This document shows, piece after piece, positions 40,104 through 49,200 of a DNA stretch of 64,000 nucleotides (position 1 is its first letter; every line of letters begins with the position of its first letter). The stretch spans positions 2,155 through 66,154 of the forward strand of contig JBAZTE010000004.1 in assembly GCA_041662065.1 (NCBI GenBank), in the 5' to 3' direction. Source of the stretch: Bacteroidales bacterium (GTDB lineage: Bacteria; Bacteroidota; Bacteroidia; Bacteroidales; UBA12481). The position numbers and the translations under genes are program-made. Below the pieces are notes generated by a model. That model had not been told where the DNA came from. It searched no databases and was given only the letters and a program-made list of their open reading frames with translations.

Positions 40104-41750
40104 ATGATCGGAACAATCAGTATAGCCGACGCTGTAATTATATTGGTATACCTGGTGGGTATTCTTTTGATCGGAGTACTATCAGTCAAGTATAAGAAAA
40201 TGACCAGCGATGGGTATTTTCTTGCCAATCGGGGGTTGAAATGGCCGGTCATCGGTGCAGCGCTTTTTGCCTCGAATATCTCCACCATTCACCTGGTTGG
40301 ACTGGCAGCCTCTGGTTACAATGAAGGATTGGTGTGGGGGAATTTCGAATGGCTGGCTGCGGTTACCCTGATATTACTCGGACTGGTTTTTGCCCCTTTT
40401 TATTTCAAAAGCCGGATTTCCACTCTGCCTGAATTTCTTGAAAAAAGATACGGTTCCGGGTCCCGTACCGTTTTGGCATTTATTGGGATTATCGGAGCCC
40501 TGTTTGTGCATATCGGCATGAGCCTGTACGCCGGTGCGGTGGTTTTTGAAACCTTTTTCGGGGTTAGTGTAGTTACTTCGATATTGATTATTTCAGTAGT
40601 AACCACTATCTATACGGTTATAGGCGGATTGAAAGCAGTGGTGGTTACCGAGACCATTCAGACGGTTATCCTGATCGGCGGTTCTGTCTTACTTACCCTG
40701 ATAGCTATTCTCGCCTTGCCTGACCAGGGGGTGAACTCCCTGGCCGATTTAAAGGAACATCTGAAACCCGGTCAGCTGAGTATGCTGCATTCAAAGGAAA
40801 GTCTCAGGGCGCTGGGTGAAGGGGGCTTTGAGTCGGGCCTCACCTGGTATGCCTGTCTGCTTGGCTATCCGGTCCTCGGGTTATGGTATTGGTGCTCTGA
40901 TCAGACGATCGTTCAGCGCGTCCTGGGGGCCAAAACCCAGAACGATTCCCAGCTCGGACCTCTTTTTGCCGGATTTCTTAAGATTCTCCCGGTATTTATT
41001 CTTGTTTTCCCCGGTGTGATTGCTTATGTTTTGTTCAAGGATATCATCGGGACGAATTCCAACCAGGCTTTTCCGGTGATGATCAACCAACTGCTTCCGG
41101 TGGGACTGAAGGGGGTGATGGCAGCTGCCATGCTGGCTGCCCTGATGAGTACGATCGCTGCAGCGCTTAACAGTTCCGCCACTTTGGTTGCTGTAGATAT
41201 TGTTAAAAGATTGAATCCGGCGACCACAGATCAGAAGCAGATCAGGGTCGGACGTATCGCTGCGGTCATAGTCATGCTGCTGGCCATGGTATGGTCGACA
41301 CAGGGGGATAAATTCTCCAGCATTTTTGAAGCCATTAACAAAATTGCTGCGGCAATAGCACCACCGGTCGCCGTGGTTTTACTGTTCGGGGTCTTCTCAA
41401 AAAGGGGCACTAAACAGGCTGCGATAACGACTTTAATATCAGGCCTCGTCATGGGTATTACTCTTTTTTGTATCGATTTTGCACCCATCAGCGGGTATAT
41501 GTACCTGACCAAGGGGCTGCATCTTCCTTTTATGATGCAGGCCTGGTGGCTCTTTGTTATTTGCACCGTTATCTATTTTGTTGTCAGTTATTTAACACCA
41601 AAACCGGACCCTGCCATTATCGAAAAATATACATGGAATCATCCATTGGCGGTGGTAACAAAAGGTAAGTTCGAAGGGTACAGGGATCCCAGGTTATGGG
41701 CATCGGTTTTAATTCTTTCCCTGGTAGTTCTTTACACAATTTTTTTCTAA
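40104..41750 (+). CDS. Sodium:solute symporter (SSF/SGLT family)
   Basis: 548 aa with about 13-14 TM helices and an SSF-like N-terminus (YFLANRGLKWPVIGAALFASNIS). Confidence 0.85.
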   Translation: MIGTISIADAVIILVYLVGILLIGVLSVKYKKMTSDGYFLANRGLKWPVIGAALFASNISTIHLVGLAASGYNEGLVWGNFEWLAAVTLILLGLVFAPFYFKSRISTLPEFLEKRYGSGSRTVLAFIGIIGALFVHIGMSLYAGAVVFETFFGVSVVTSILIISVVTTIYTVIGGLKAVVVTETIQTVILIGGSVLLTLIAILALPDQGVNSLADLKEHLKPGQLSMLHSKESLRALGEGGFESGLTWYACLLGYPVLGLWYWCSDQTIVQRVLGAKTQNDSQLGPLFAGFLKILPVFILVFPGVIAYVLFKDIIGTNSNQAFPVMINQLLPVGLKGVMAAAMLAALMSTIAAALNSSATLVAVDIVKRLNPATTDQKQIRVGRIAAVIVMLLAMVWSTQGDKFSSIFEAINKIAAAIAPPVAVVLLFGVFSKRGTKQAAITTLISGLVMGITLFCIDFAPISGYMYLTKGLHLPFMMQAWWLFVICTVIYFVVSYLTPKPDPAIIEKYTWNHPLAVVTKGKFEGYRDPRLWASVLILSLVVLYTIFF

Positions 41751-41760
41751 CTTGTAACTT

Positions 41761-42783
41761 ATGAGACAGGCTGTTATGACTTCACCGGGCGTGATTGAAC
41801 ATCGGGAAATCCCGGAGCCCGGACCATTAAAGGATCATGAAGTTTTATTAAGGATAAAAAAAATCGGCATTTGCGGTTCGGATATCCATGTCTTTCACGG
41901 AGAGCATCCTGCGACCCCTTATCCTGTTGTGCAGGGTCATGAGTATTCTGCCGTTGTGGAAGCTGTCGGGCCGCTTGTGACCAAAGTAAGGCCGGGGATG
42001 AAAACAACCGCCCGGCCCCAGCTGGTATGCGGGAAGTGCGGTCCCTGCAGGCGTGGACAATACAATGCCTGCCAGGAATTAAAGGTACAGGGTTTTCAGG
42101 CGCAGGGTGTTGCCCAGGATTTGTTTGTTGTCACGGATGACCGGATTGTCCCGTTCTCCGATGCCATGACGTTTGAGCAGGGCGCCATGATCGAGCCGGC
42201 AGCAGTGGGCGCCCATTCCACCAGCCGGGTTAACAGCCTGAAAGGGAAAAATGTTGTGGTTTCAGGAGCAGGTACGATTGGCAACCTCGTAGCTCAGTTT
42301 GCGAAAGCCCGGGGTGCCCGGAAAGTCCTCATTACCGACATAAGCAATTTCAGGCTCGATATCGCGCGGAAATGCGGGATCGAAGGTGCGGCAAACATTA
42401 AGGAAATCCCGTTCACCGAAAGCATTCGTACCTTCTTTGGTGAAAAAGGTTTCCAGGTCGGGTTTGAAGCGGCCGGTGTCCAATCTTCCCTGGATGTTCT
42501 TATTCAGAATGTTGAAAAAGGTGGAGATGTCGTGATACTCGGTGTTTATTCAAAGAACCCGGTTGTCAATATGTTTTTCCTGGGTGAGCATGAATTGAAT
42601 GTGTATGGTTCTATGATGTACAGGCAAGAAGATTACGAAACTGCTGCTGAGATGATTGCATCAGGAATGATCGTGACTGCCCCATTGCTCACCAAGAGTT
42701 TTCCCTTTGCGCAATACCTTGAAGCTTATCAGTTTATTGAGAAACAGGGCGATAGAACAATGAAAGTCATGATTGACCTTTAA
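41761..42783 (+). CDS. Zn-dependent medium-chain dehydrogenase (sorbitol/L-iditol/threonine dehydrogenase-like)
   Basis: GICGSDIH, GHEYSAVV, a structural-Zn Cys cluster CGKCGPCRRGQYNAC, and the NAD motif GAGTIGNL. Confidence 0.8.
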   Translation: MRQAVMTSPGVIEHREIPEPGPLKDHEVLLRIKKIGICGSDIHVFHGEHPATPYPVVQGHEYSAVVEAVGPLVTKVRPGMKTTARPQLVCGKCGPCRRGQYNACQELKVQGFQAQGVAQDLFVVTDDRIVPFSDAMTFEQGAMIEPAAVGAHSTSRVNSLKGKNVVVSGAGTIGNLVAQFAKARGARKVLITDISNFRLDIARKCGIEGAANIKEIPFTESIRTFFGEKGFQVGFEAAGVQSSLDVLIQNVEKGGDVVILGVYSKNPVVNMFFLGEHELNVYGSMMYRQEDYETAAEMIASGMIVTAPLLTKSFPFAQYLEAYQFIEKQGDRTMKVMIDL

Positions 42784-43666
42784 CGTCACAAATAATATGG
42801 GACCTTTAGTTACCGGGATCGGGGAATTGCTCTGGGATATGCTCCCTTCAGGAATACAGCTGGGAGGGGCTCCCTGTAATTTTGCTTTTCATGCCAGACA
42901 GGCCGGCTGTGATAGCCTGGTGATCAGTGCGGTGGGTAAGGATAAACTTGGTGATGAACTTCTTCAAAAGCTTCATCAGCTGGATCTGTCGGATCGGTAC
43001 ATCCAGAAAATCAGTTTCCCGACCAGTACCGTATCGATCCGGCTTAATGAGAACGGACACCCTGATTATACTATTCATGAGCAAGTGGCCTGGGATTTTA
43101 TTCAATGGAATTCCCAGATAAAGGAACTGGCCGGTAAACTGGATGCGGTTTGTTTTGGATCACTTGCCCAACGAAATAGGATTTCGCAGGAGACCATTGT
43201 TTCGCTTATCCTTGCCACCCGGCCCGATTGCCTGAGGATTTTCGATATCAACCTCAGGCAGCATTATTACAGCCGGGAAATTGTGGTCCAGTCGATCATG
43301 TTGGCGGATGTTCTTAAGCTGAATGACGATGAGCTGCCGGCGGTGGCGGAATTTACAGGATTATCGGGCGATGTCCGGAATCAGCTGACCGACTTGCTTA
43401 TCAAGTTGAAATTGAAATATATCGTTTATACGATGGGCAGTAAGGGAAGTATCATTGTCAACGATAGGGAATATTCGTTTGTTGAAGCACCTTCGGTGAA
43501 GGTTGCAGATACGGTGGGAGCCGGTGATGCTTTTACGGCCGTGTTTACTGCCGGAATCCTCAGAGGCTTGCCTTTGTCGCAGGTTCACCGGAAAGCCACT
43601 GAAATAGCAGCTTTGGTGTGCACAAAAAAAGGAGCCACACCCGAATTGCCTGACATTATATTTTGA
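42773..43666 (+). CDS. PfkB-family carbohydrate kinase (fructokinase-like)
   Basis: GELLWDMLP...LGGAPCNFA at the N-terminus, VLKLNDDEL, and DTVGAGDAFTAVF. An alternative start lies at 42797. Confidence 0.8.
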   Translation: MTFNVTNNMGPLVTGIGELLWDMLPSGIQLGGAPCNFAFHARQAGCDSLVISAVGKDKLGDELLQKLHQLDLSDRYIQKISFPTSTVSIRLNENGHPDYTIHEQVAWDFIQWNSQIKELAGKLDAVCFGSLAQRNRISQETIVSLILATRPDCLRIFDINLRQHYYSREIVVQSIMLADVLKLNDDELPAVAEFTGLSGDVRNQLTDLLIKLKLKYIVYTMGSKGSIIVNDREYSFVEAPSVKVADTVGAGDAFTAVFTAGILRGLPLSQVHRKATEIAALVCTKKGATPELPDIIF

Positions 43667-43684
43667 AACAAATCAAAAAATCAA

Positions 43685-44851
43685 ATGAAGAAATTTAATT
43701 ATCATCAGTCAACTAAAATTCTTTTTGGGAAAGGACGAATCAGTGAATTGGCTGAAATAGTATTACAATATGGGAAGAGGGCACTGTTGGTGACTACTCC
43801 GGCTGCAAATCCCGCGTTGGCCGGACAATACTCCAGAGTCAAGAAGATACTGGCCAAAGGTGGGATTGAAGTCATTCATTTCGACGGGGTTATACCCAAT
43901 CCAACCGTGGCGACTATTACAGCAGGAGCCTTAATGTCGAGGAAGTTCAGTGCCGAAGTCATTGTCGGCCTCGGCGGCGGTTCGAGCATGGATGCCGCTA
44001 AGGCTATTTCTGTTGAGGCTACTCATCCGGGTACCAGTTGGGATTATCTTTTTTATAAAAACCCTCAACCCGATCCGGCCAGGCTTTTGCCGGTCATTGC
44101 CGTGTCAACCACCTCAGGAACCGGGTCCCAGGTGACTCAGGTGGCCGTAGTGACCAATCCCGAAATGCGTGATAAATCAGCTCTTTATAATAACATTTTG
44201 TATCCCCGTGTTTGTATTATCGACCCTGAGCTGATGCTGACCGTTCCTCAATTTGTTACGGCTACCACTGGATTTGATGTGTTGTGCCATGCTTTTGAAA
44301 GCACCATCAATCCGGGAACCGGTGCATACGTGGACCTGCTGGCCTGGGAAGCCATTTCCATTGTGGCTGATTATCTGCCGAAAATCCTAGGTAATCTTGA
44401 GAATGCTGATTATCGAGAAAGAATGGCCTGGGCCGATACCCTGGCCGGTTTATGCATTGCCAATGCCGGGGTGACCCTTCCGCACGGCATGGGCATGGCC
44501 GTCGGCGGCATGTATCCGCATGTTGCACATGGTGAGGCCCTAGCGATCCTCTATCCAGCCTTTGCCGATTTTACCTGGGAAGCCGCGGTGCCACAGTTTG
44601 CCAAATTGACCAGGATACTGAATCCCGCACTCAAAGGATTAGAAGACCATGAAGCAGCTTCTGAAAGTCAGGCTGAGATTGTAAAATTCCTGAAACTCAT
44701 CGGTCTGAGTAAAACCCTGAAAGAAGTGCATATGCCAGAAAATGAGATCGAAGCTTTGGCCAAACAGTGCATGGTACTGCCTGATTACAAGGGAAATCCC
44801 CGGGTGGCCACGTATGAAGAAATGGTGGAGCTGGTCAGGAAGGCCTATTAG
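43685..44851 (+). CDS. Iron-containing (group III) alcohol dehydrogenase
   Basis: GLGGGSSMDAAKA and His-rich metal-site motifs (LCHAFES, LPHGMGMA). Confidence 0.85.
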   Translation: MKKFNYHQSTKILFGKGRISELAEIVLQYGKRALLVTTPAANPALAGQYSRVKKILAKGGIEVIHFDGVIPNPTVATITAGALMSRKFSAEVIVGLGGGSSMDAAKAISVEATHPGTSWDYLFYKNPQPDPARLLPVIAVSTTSGTGSQVTQVAVVTNPEMRDKSALYNNILYPRVCIIDPELMLTVPQFVTATTGFDVLCHAFESTINPGTGAYVDLLAWEAISIVADYLPKILGNLENADYRERMAWADTLAGLCIANAGVTLPHGMGMAVGGMYPHVAHGEALAILYPAFADFTWEAAVPQFAKLTRILNPALKGLEDHEAASESQAEIVKFLKLIGLSKTLKEVHMPENEIEALAKQCMVLPDYKGNPRVATYEEMVELVRKAY

Positions 44852-44901
44852 TGCCTGAAGAATGTCGTGTGATGGGGCGGGTTGTGGGCATCAAGAATGG
44901 C

Positions 44902-44947
44902 ACGCGGATGACGCGGATCCCTGCGGGAACGCGGATTATCGCGGATT
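44902..44947. repeat. GC-rich short-repeat block (four cgcggat units)
   Basis: acgcggatg-acgcggatc-cctgcgggaa-cgcggatt-atcgcggatt, lying in the intergenic gap after the Fe-ADH gene. Confidence 0.6.
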
Positions 44948-44966
44948 TTTATAATTTTTCAGTATT

Positions 44967-47399
44967 ATGAAGTCAATAATGAGTCCAACGCGAACTGGAA
45001 GATGGTTTATTGCCATTTGCACCCTGTTGATCCTGACTAATTCAGCTTTTTCTCAAAGTCCGGCAAAGATATTCCCGGGTGCGGATGAGAAAACTCCCTC
45101 ACGATCGGAATATGAGTCGTGGATCAATAATACCAATGAAGGGAGTACCGAAAAGCAAACCCTGATCAATCTCGATTTCTTTGCCTGGCTGAAAAAGGAA
45201 TACGGAATGGCACTGGATATTTATGTGATCAGTGCCGGAACGATCGACAAGGCCGGCTGGTACGGCAGCACCGGTTCAACGGTGTTTAAACGTCAGTTTC
45301 CCAATGGTTTTGATCTGATTTATAAAAATGCTGCCGCGATGAACACCCGTCTGGGGACCTGGGGCGGTCCGGATGGATTCGGCAATTCTCCTCAGGAAGA
45401 GAAGAAGAGGAGCGACATGATTATCGGGTTATCAAAGGATTATAATTTTGAACTATTCAAGTTTGATGCCGTGGTCGGCCAGTTAAGGCCTGAAAAACAG
45501 GAGGCTTTTATCCGGATGATGACGGAAAGCCGGAAATACAATCCCGAACTTATATTGTTGAATCATCGTCTGGAATTGGGTGAAGAAGGGAGTAAACAGG
45601 CTACAACGAAACTCTGGGATGGGGAAGAAACCTATATAGATGTTCATATTGCCAATGATCAGACCTCGACACACCACAGGGCAGGTGCCCTGTCGAGAAA
45701 GGTGGTTCCCGAGCTGGAGCGCATGACTGAAGATCATGGGGTGTGCCTGTCATCCTGCCTCGATTATTGGGAAGATGACCTGATATTGCAGGCTTTTAAC
45801 CGGAATCTCATTCTGGCACCCCAGATATATGGCAATCCCTGGCTGCTCCGCGATGACGAATATCCAAAATTGGCCGGGATATTTAATCTGGCACGGAAAT
45901 ACAAGGATATCCTGGTAAATGGAATCATTTTGCCTGAAGACAGGTACGGAGAAAAGGCGGTCTCCAGAGGGGATGAGAAAACCCGTCTGATTACCCTGCG
46001 TAACCTTAGCTGGCTACCGGTTCAACGAACCATCAGACTGGATGAAGAGATTGGATTATCAAAGGGATCAGTGGTTGAACTGCGGCAATTCCACCCGGTG
46101 GAGCGGGTGATCGGGAGATTCAGAAAGGGACAAACCGTAACGGTGGAGGTTCTTCCATTCCGGTCGTGCCTCTTGATCGCTTCTACAGAAAAGCTAACCG
46201 GTCCGGTGGTGGAAGGATCTGATTATGAGGTGGTCAGGGATGTTACCGGAAAACCCGTCATGATCAATCTACTGGGTTTTCCTGGAGAAAAGAAAATCAT
46301 TCGTATCAAGGGGACCGGTAAATCATGGACAGGGGCCAGTCTGGATGGTGTGCCGGTGGATACAAGGAAAATAGGAAAGCCGGTGGAAATCGTTTTTCCG
46401 GGTAATCCTCTCCATAATCCCTATCATCGCAAGTTGGGAGATCTGAGACCTGGTCGGATTCCCGAAGATGCGGAGGCATTGTATGAGGCGACTTGTTTTG
46501 CCGCAGATAATAATGCGCTGGAAGCCAGGTCGCTGGTCCGTTCGGGACCGACTGACATTCCCGAAGTTCAGCAAGCCAGGGATGCTTTTTTACAACAGGA
46601 ATTGTTTAAAGACCGGGGGTTGTGGGACCGGTACCTGTTTGATGGTGACCTGACGACATCCTATTATCCCGGAAGGAGATGGGGAAGAAACGATGTCCGG
46701 ATCAATGGAGGATCGCTCCGGCTGGATCTGTGTCAGATCATCAGGCTTGACAGCATGAAATTTATCGTGGGCAACGAACAGGCCCTTCAGCCGTTCAAGT
46801 CGGGGGAGGCCATCAGGATAGAAATATCGACGGACCTGAAAGCCTGGCAACCGATTTTAGTTTTGGCCGGTAAAGAGATGATTCTACCGCTGGATGGATC
46901 AAAACCAATACGTTACGTACGATTGACCGGCTCACCGGAAAGGTTAATCGAAATAGAGGGATATCTGAATGGCAAATCAGTCGACCGCACCTTTTGGAAG
47001 GCTTCCAACCTGTTCAGTCCTTACCGGCAGGTGACCCCCAAAGCAGCATTCGAAACCAGTTTTGTATTAAGCGAAATACCAAAAGGGAGCTATCTTGCCA
47101 TTGCGCTGAATGGCAAGCATGGCGATGAAGGAGCCTATGCGGCGATCCGGGTGAACGGCCAGCAGGTGGGAGCCCCCGACCGCAGTCTTTCCTATCGAAG
47201 CAACACCTGGGAATATCCGGTCCAGACAACCGATTCGAATTACACTTATTATATTCCCCTGACAACCGATATGGTTGGTGCCACAATCGATGCGGTCGTG
47301 CTGGTGATGAAAAACGGGGTATCGGAATTCAAATCGGTAGTGTGGGTGACGGCATATCCGGTGCCGTATGAAAAGATAGAGTTAAAAATATGTGAATGA
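44967..47399 (+). CDS. Secreted protein of unknown function (possible TIM-barrel glycosidase plus a C-terminal beta-sandwich)
   Basis: 810 aa with a signal peptide (RWFIAICTLLILTNSAFSQ). The weak ELFKFDAV motif is reminiscent of clan GH-D barrels. The family assignment is not secure. Confidence 0.5.
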   Translation: MKSIMSPTRTGRWFIAICTLLILTNSAFSQSPAKIFPGADEKTPSRSEYESWINNTNEGSTEKQTLINLDFFAWLKKEYGMALDIYVISAGTIDKAGWYGSTGSTVFKRQFPNGFDLIYKNAAAMNTRLGTWGGPDGFGNSPQEEKKRSDMIIGLSKDYNFELFKFDAVVGQLRPEKQEAFIRMMTESRKYNPELILLNHRLELGEEGSKQATTKLWDGEETYIDVHIANDQTSTHHRAGALSRKVVPELERMTEDHGVCLSSCLDYWEDDLILQAFNRNLILAPQIYGNPWLLRDDEYPKLAGIFNLARKYKDILVNGIILPEDRYGEKAVSRGDEKTRLITLRNLSWLPVQRTIRLDEEIGLSKGSVVELRQFHPVERVIGRFRKGQTVTVEVLPFRSCLLIASTEKLTGPVVEGSDYEVVRDVTGKPVMINLLGFPGEKKIIRIKGTGKSWTGASLDGVPVDTRKIGKPVEIVFPGNPLHNPYHRKLGDLRPGRIPEDAEALYEATCFAADNNALEARSLVRSGPTDIPEVQQARDAFLQQELFKDRGLWDRYLFDGDLTTSYYPGRRWGRNDVRINGGSLRLDLCQIIRLDSMKFIVGNEQALQPFKSGEAIRIEISTDLKAWQPILVLAGKEMILPLDGSKPIRYVRLTGSPERLIEIEGYLNGKSVDRTFWKASNLFSPYRQVTPKAAFETSFVLSEIPKGSYLAIALNGKHGDEGAYAAIRVNGQQVGAPDRSLSYRSNTWEYPVQTTDSNYTYYIPLTTDMVGATIDAVVLVMKNGVSEFKSVVWVTAYPVPYEKIELKICE

Positions 47400-47473
47400 T
47401 ATAACTTTTCTGAAAAGTTCTGTAACACTTTAGGCAGGTAAAGAACTCACCTTTGTTGAGAAAAACAACCAAA

Positions 47474-48268
47474 ATGAGAAAAGCAATTTACCTGCTGTCA
47501 ATATTTTCAGCACTGATTCTTATTGCCGGTGGCTGCCAAAAGGATGAGCCTGCCCGGCACACCACTTACAAACTGGTAGTAAAAGACATACTGGGAGTAT
47601 CCGGGACGGTCACCTTTACCGAGACCAGTGCTACAGTCACCACTATTGATATCGCGCTTTCCAATGCTCCCTCCGGAACACATCCGGCAAACCTGTATGC
47701 AAATTCGGCTGTTGAAGATGGGGTTGTTGTTATTTCACTTAATCCTGTCGATGCGACCGGAAAAAGTTCAACAACTGTAACCAGTATGACTTACACCGAG
47801 TTGATATCCTACAACGGATTTGTTAAAGTTCTGATCAGCAGCGCTGAACCTGGTGTAATTCTGGCACAGGGTGATATTGGGGGTAATGTGATTACGACTG
47901 TTAATAAAACTTATACACTCAGTAATATCGGTGTATTTGGTGTGTCAGGGACCGCATTATTCGAAAAAAGGGTGAATGGGAACACATTAGTAACCATTAT
48001 GCTCACCGGCACTATTTCGGGCGAGGTATATCCCGCAACAATTAATCTGGGTTCCATTGCCTCCGTGGGTGGCGGACCGGTTGTGAAGTTGTTGAATAAT
48101 ATTGATGGCACTACCGGCAAAGGTTATACCAACATCCATAAACTTGAAAGTGGCATTGACATTACCTACGATAATTGGCTGGTGTACGATGGTTACATCA
48201 ATATCTACCAGGCACCGGTCAATCTCGGCAATATCATTTGCCATGGCAACATTGGATCGAACCTGTAG
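47474..48268 (+). CDS. Lipoprotein with an internal duplication (CHRD-like?)
   Basis: Lipobox IAGGC at the ATG 47474 start (the tracked TTG at 47453 is 7 codons upstream). There are two repeats: GVSGTVTFTE...THPANLY and GVSGTALFEK...VYPATINL. Confidence 0.55.
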   Translation: MRKAIYLLSIFSALILIAGGCQKDEPARHTTYKLVVKDILGVSGTVTFTETSATVTTIDIALSNAPSGTHPANLYANSAVEDGVVVISLNPVDATGKSSTTVTSMTYTELISYNGFVKVLISSAEPGVILAQGDIGGNVITTVNKTYTLSNIGVFGVSGTALFEKRVNGNTLVTIMLTGTISGEVYPATINLGSIASVGGGPVVKLLNNIDGTTGKGYTNIHKLESGIDITYDNWLVYDGYINIYQAPVNLGNIICHGNIGSNL

Positions 48269-48292
48269 AGACAGATAATTATCTATCTCTAC
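48265..48292. repeat. 28-nt near-perfect palindrome, copy 2 (gtagagacagataattatctatctctac)
   Basis: Matches the copy at 35186..35213 at 26 of 28 positions. It overlaps the TAG stop (48266..48268) of the upstream gene. Confidence 0.8.
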
Positions 48293-48308
48293 AGGCCATT
48301 CTTCATTC

Positions 48309-48425
48309 CCGTGAAGCGTGAAGCATGAAGCGAAGAAGAAGATCGGGGGACGAAGAAGAAGATCGGGGGATGACACTTCTCCGAGGGGACATAACAACGG
48401 CGGGGATGACACTTCTCCGAGGGGA
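48309..48425. repeat. Mosaic GC-rich intergenic repeat, copy A (gtgaagcg module, tandem 20-mers and two solo terminal-repeat units)
   Basis: cgtgaagcgtgaagc, then a perfect tandem 20-mer cgaagaagaagatcggggga (48331..48350 and 48351..48370), then the 24-mer ggggatgacacttctccgagggga twice (48366..48389 and 48402..48425). Confidence 0.85.
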
Positions 48426-48435
48426 ATTAATGGTA

Positions 48436-49119
48436 CTAAATTGTTGCCTTTTTACTTTTGCTGAAATCCCACTTTATCCCGAAATCTGCACCCCACCACG
48501 CAATCTGAGCTGGCTCAGCCCGGTACCAGGATCCAAATCCTTTATACCCGGTAACTTCAGAATGCATCCGTATCGAAGCGGATAGCCGTTTGAAAATAAT
48601 TTCCCGCATTTCAAATTCCAGGAATATGCCGGCTCCATATTTCTTCTTACCGGTGTACTCGTTATAAAAGTCAGCATCTACAAACCATTCATTCGAATAC
48701 CGGTGGACCTTTTCAAGCATGTGCAGCCAGTTCAGGCTTAAGATGGGTCCCCAATAAATGGCAGCGCGCCTGGTTTCGAGGGGGCACCAGCCCCAGAAAA
48801 TGGATGCTGCAAAACGCTGGTTATTTGGATCTCTGCTTTCTACATATGTTTTGTATTCCGGAATCTCCCTGTCCCAGTCGAAGGCTGTATATACCCAGCT
48901 ATATGGCTTGGTTTTCAGGGCATAATCAAAGGAAACCCCGAATTTGTTGCCCGACTTCAGTTTCTGGTTCCAGGCGACTGACCAGCCCTTCCATTCGCTG
49001 AAAGTTACGTAGGTTCCTGTTCCGCGGGTGCGCCGGATTTCGAGTTGTTGTGAGTAGGTGAATGGGGAGAGTAAGGATAGAAAAGTGAGGACACCCAGAA
49101 TTCGGATAAAGTGGTTCAT
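48436..49119 (-). CDS. Hypothetical outer-membrane beta-barrel-like protein
   Basis: 227 aa with a signal peptide (MNHFIRILGVLTFLSLLSPFTYSQ) and aromatic-rich alternating strands. No specific family is recognised. Confidence 0.5.
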   Translation of the reverse strand: MNHFIRILGVLTFLSLLSPFTYSQQLEIRRTRGTGTYVTFSEWKGWSVAWNQKLKSGNKFGVSFDYALKTKPYSWVYTAFDWDREIPEYKTYVESRDPNNQRFAASIFWGWCPLETRRAAIYWGPILSLNWLHMLEKVHRYSNEWFVDADFYNEYTGKKKYGAGIFLEFEMREIIFKRLSASIRMHSEVTGYKGFGSWYRAEPAQIAWWGADFGIKWDFSKSKKATI

Positions 49120-49144
49120 GATGGAAATATTTTATGCTGTCAGG

Positions 49145-49192
49145 TTAAATATCAGGTTGAATATCGAATTGAATATCAGATTGAATACTCTT
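49145..49192. repeat. Four tandem 12-nt repeats (ttgaatatcaga-like)
   Basis: ttaaatatcagg / ttgaatatcgaa / ttgaatatcaga / ttgaatactctt, in the 81-bp gap upstream of the minus-strand gene that starts at 49119. Confidence 0.75.
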
Positions 49193-49200
49193 TTTATAAA

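Noticed and set aside
48325-48585. An 86-aa plus-strand ORF (MKRRRRSGDEEEDRG...MTLLRGD...MTLLRGE).
   Set aside because: It is translated straight through mosaic repeat copy A, and its internal peptide repeats merely mirror the DNA repeats. It also runs antisense into the 48436..49119 gene.
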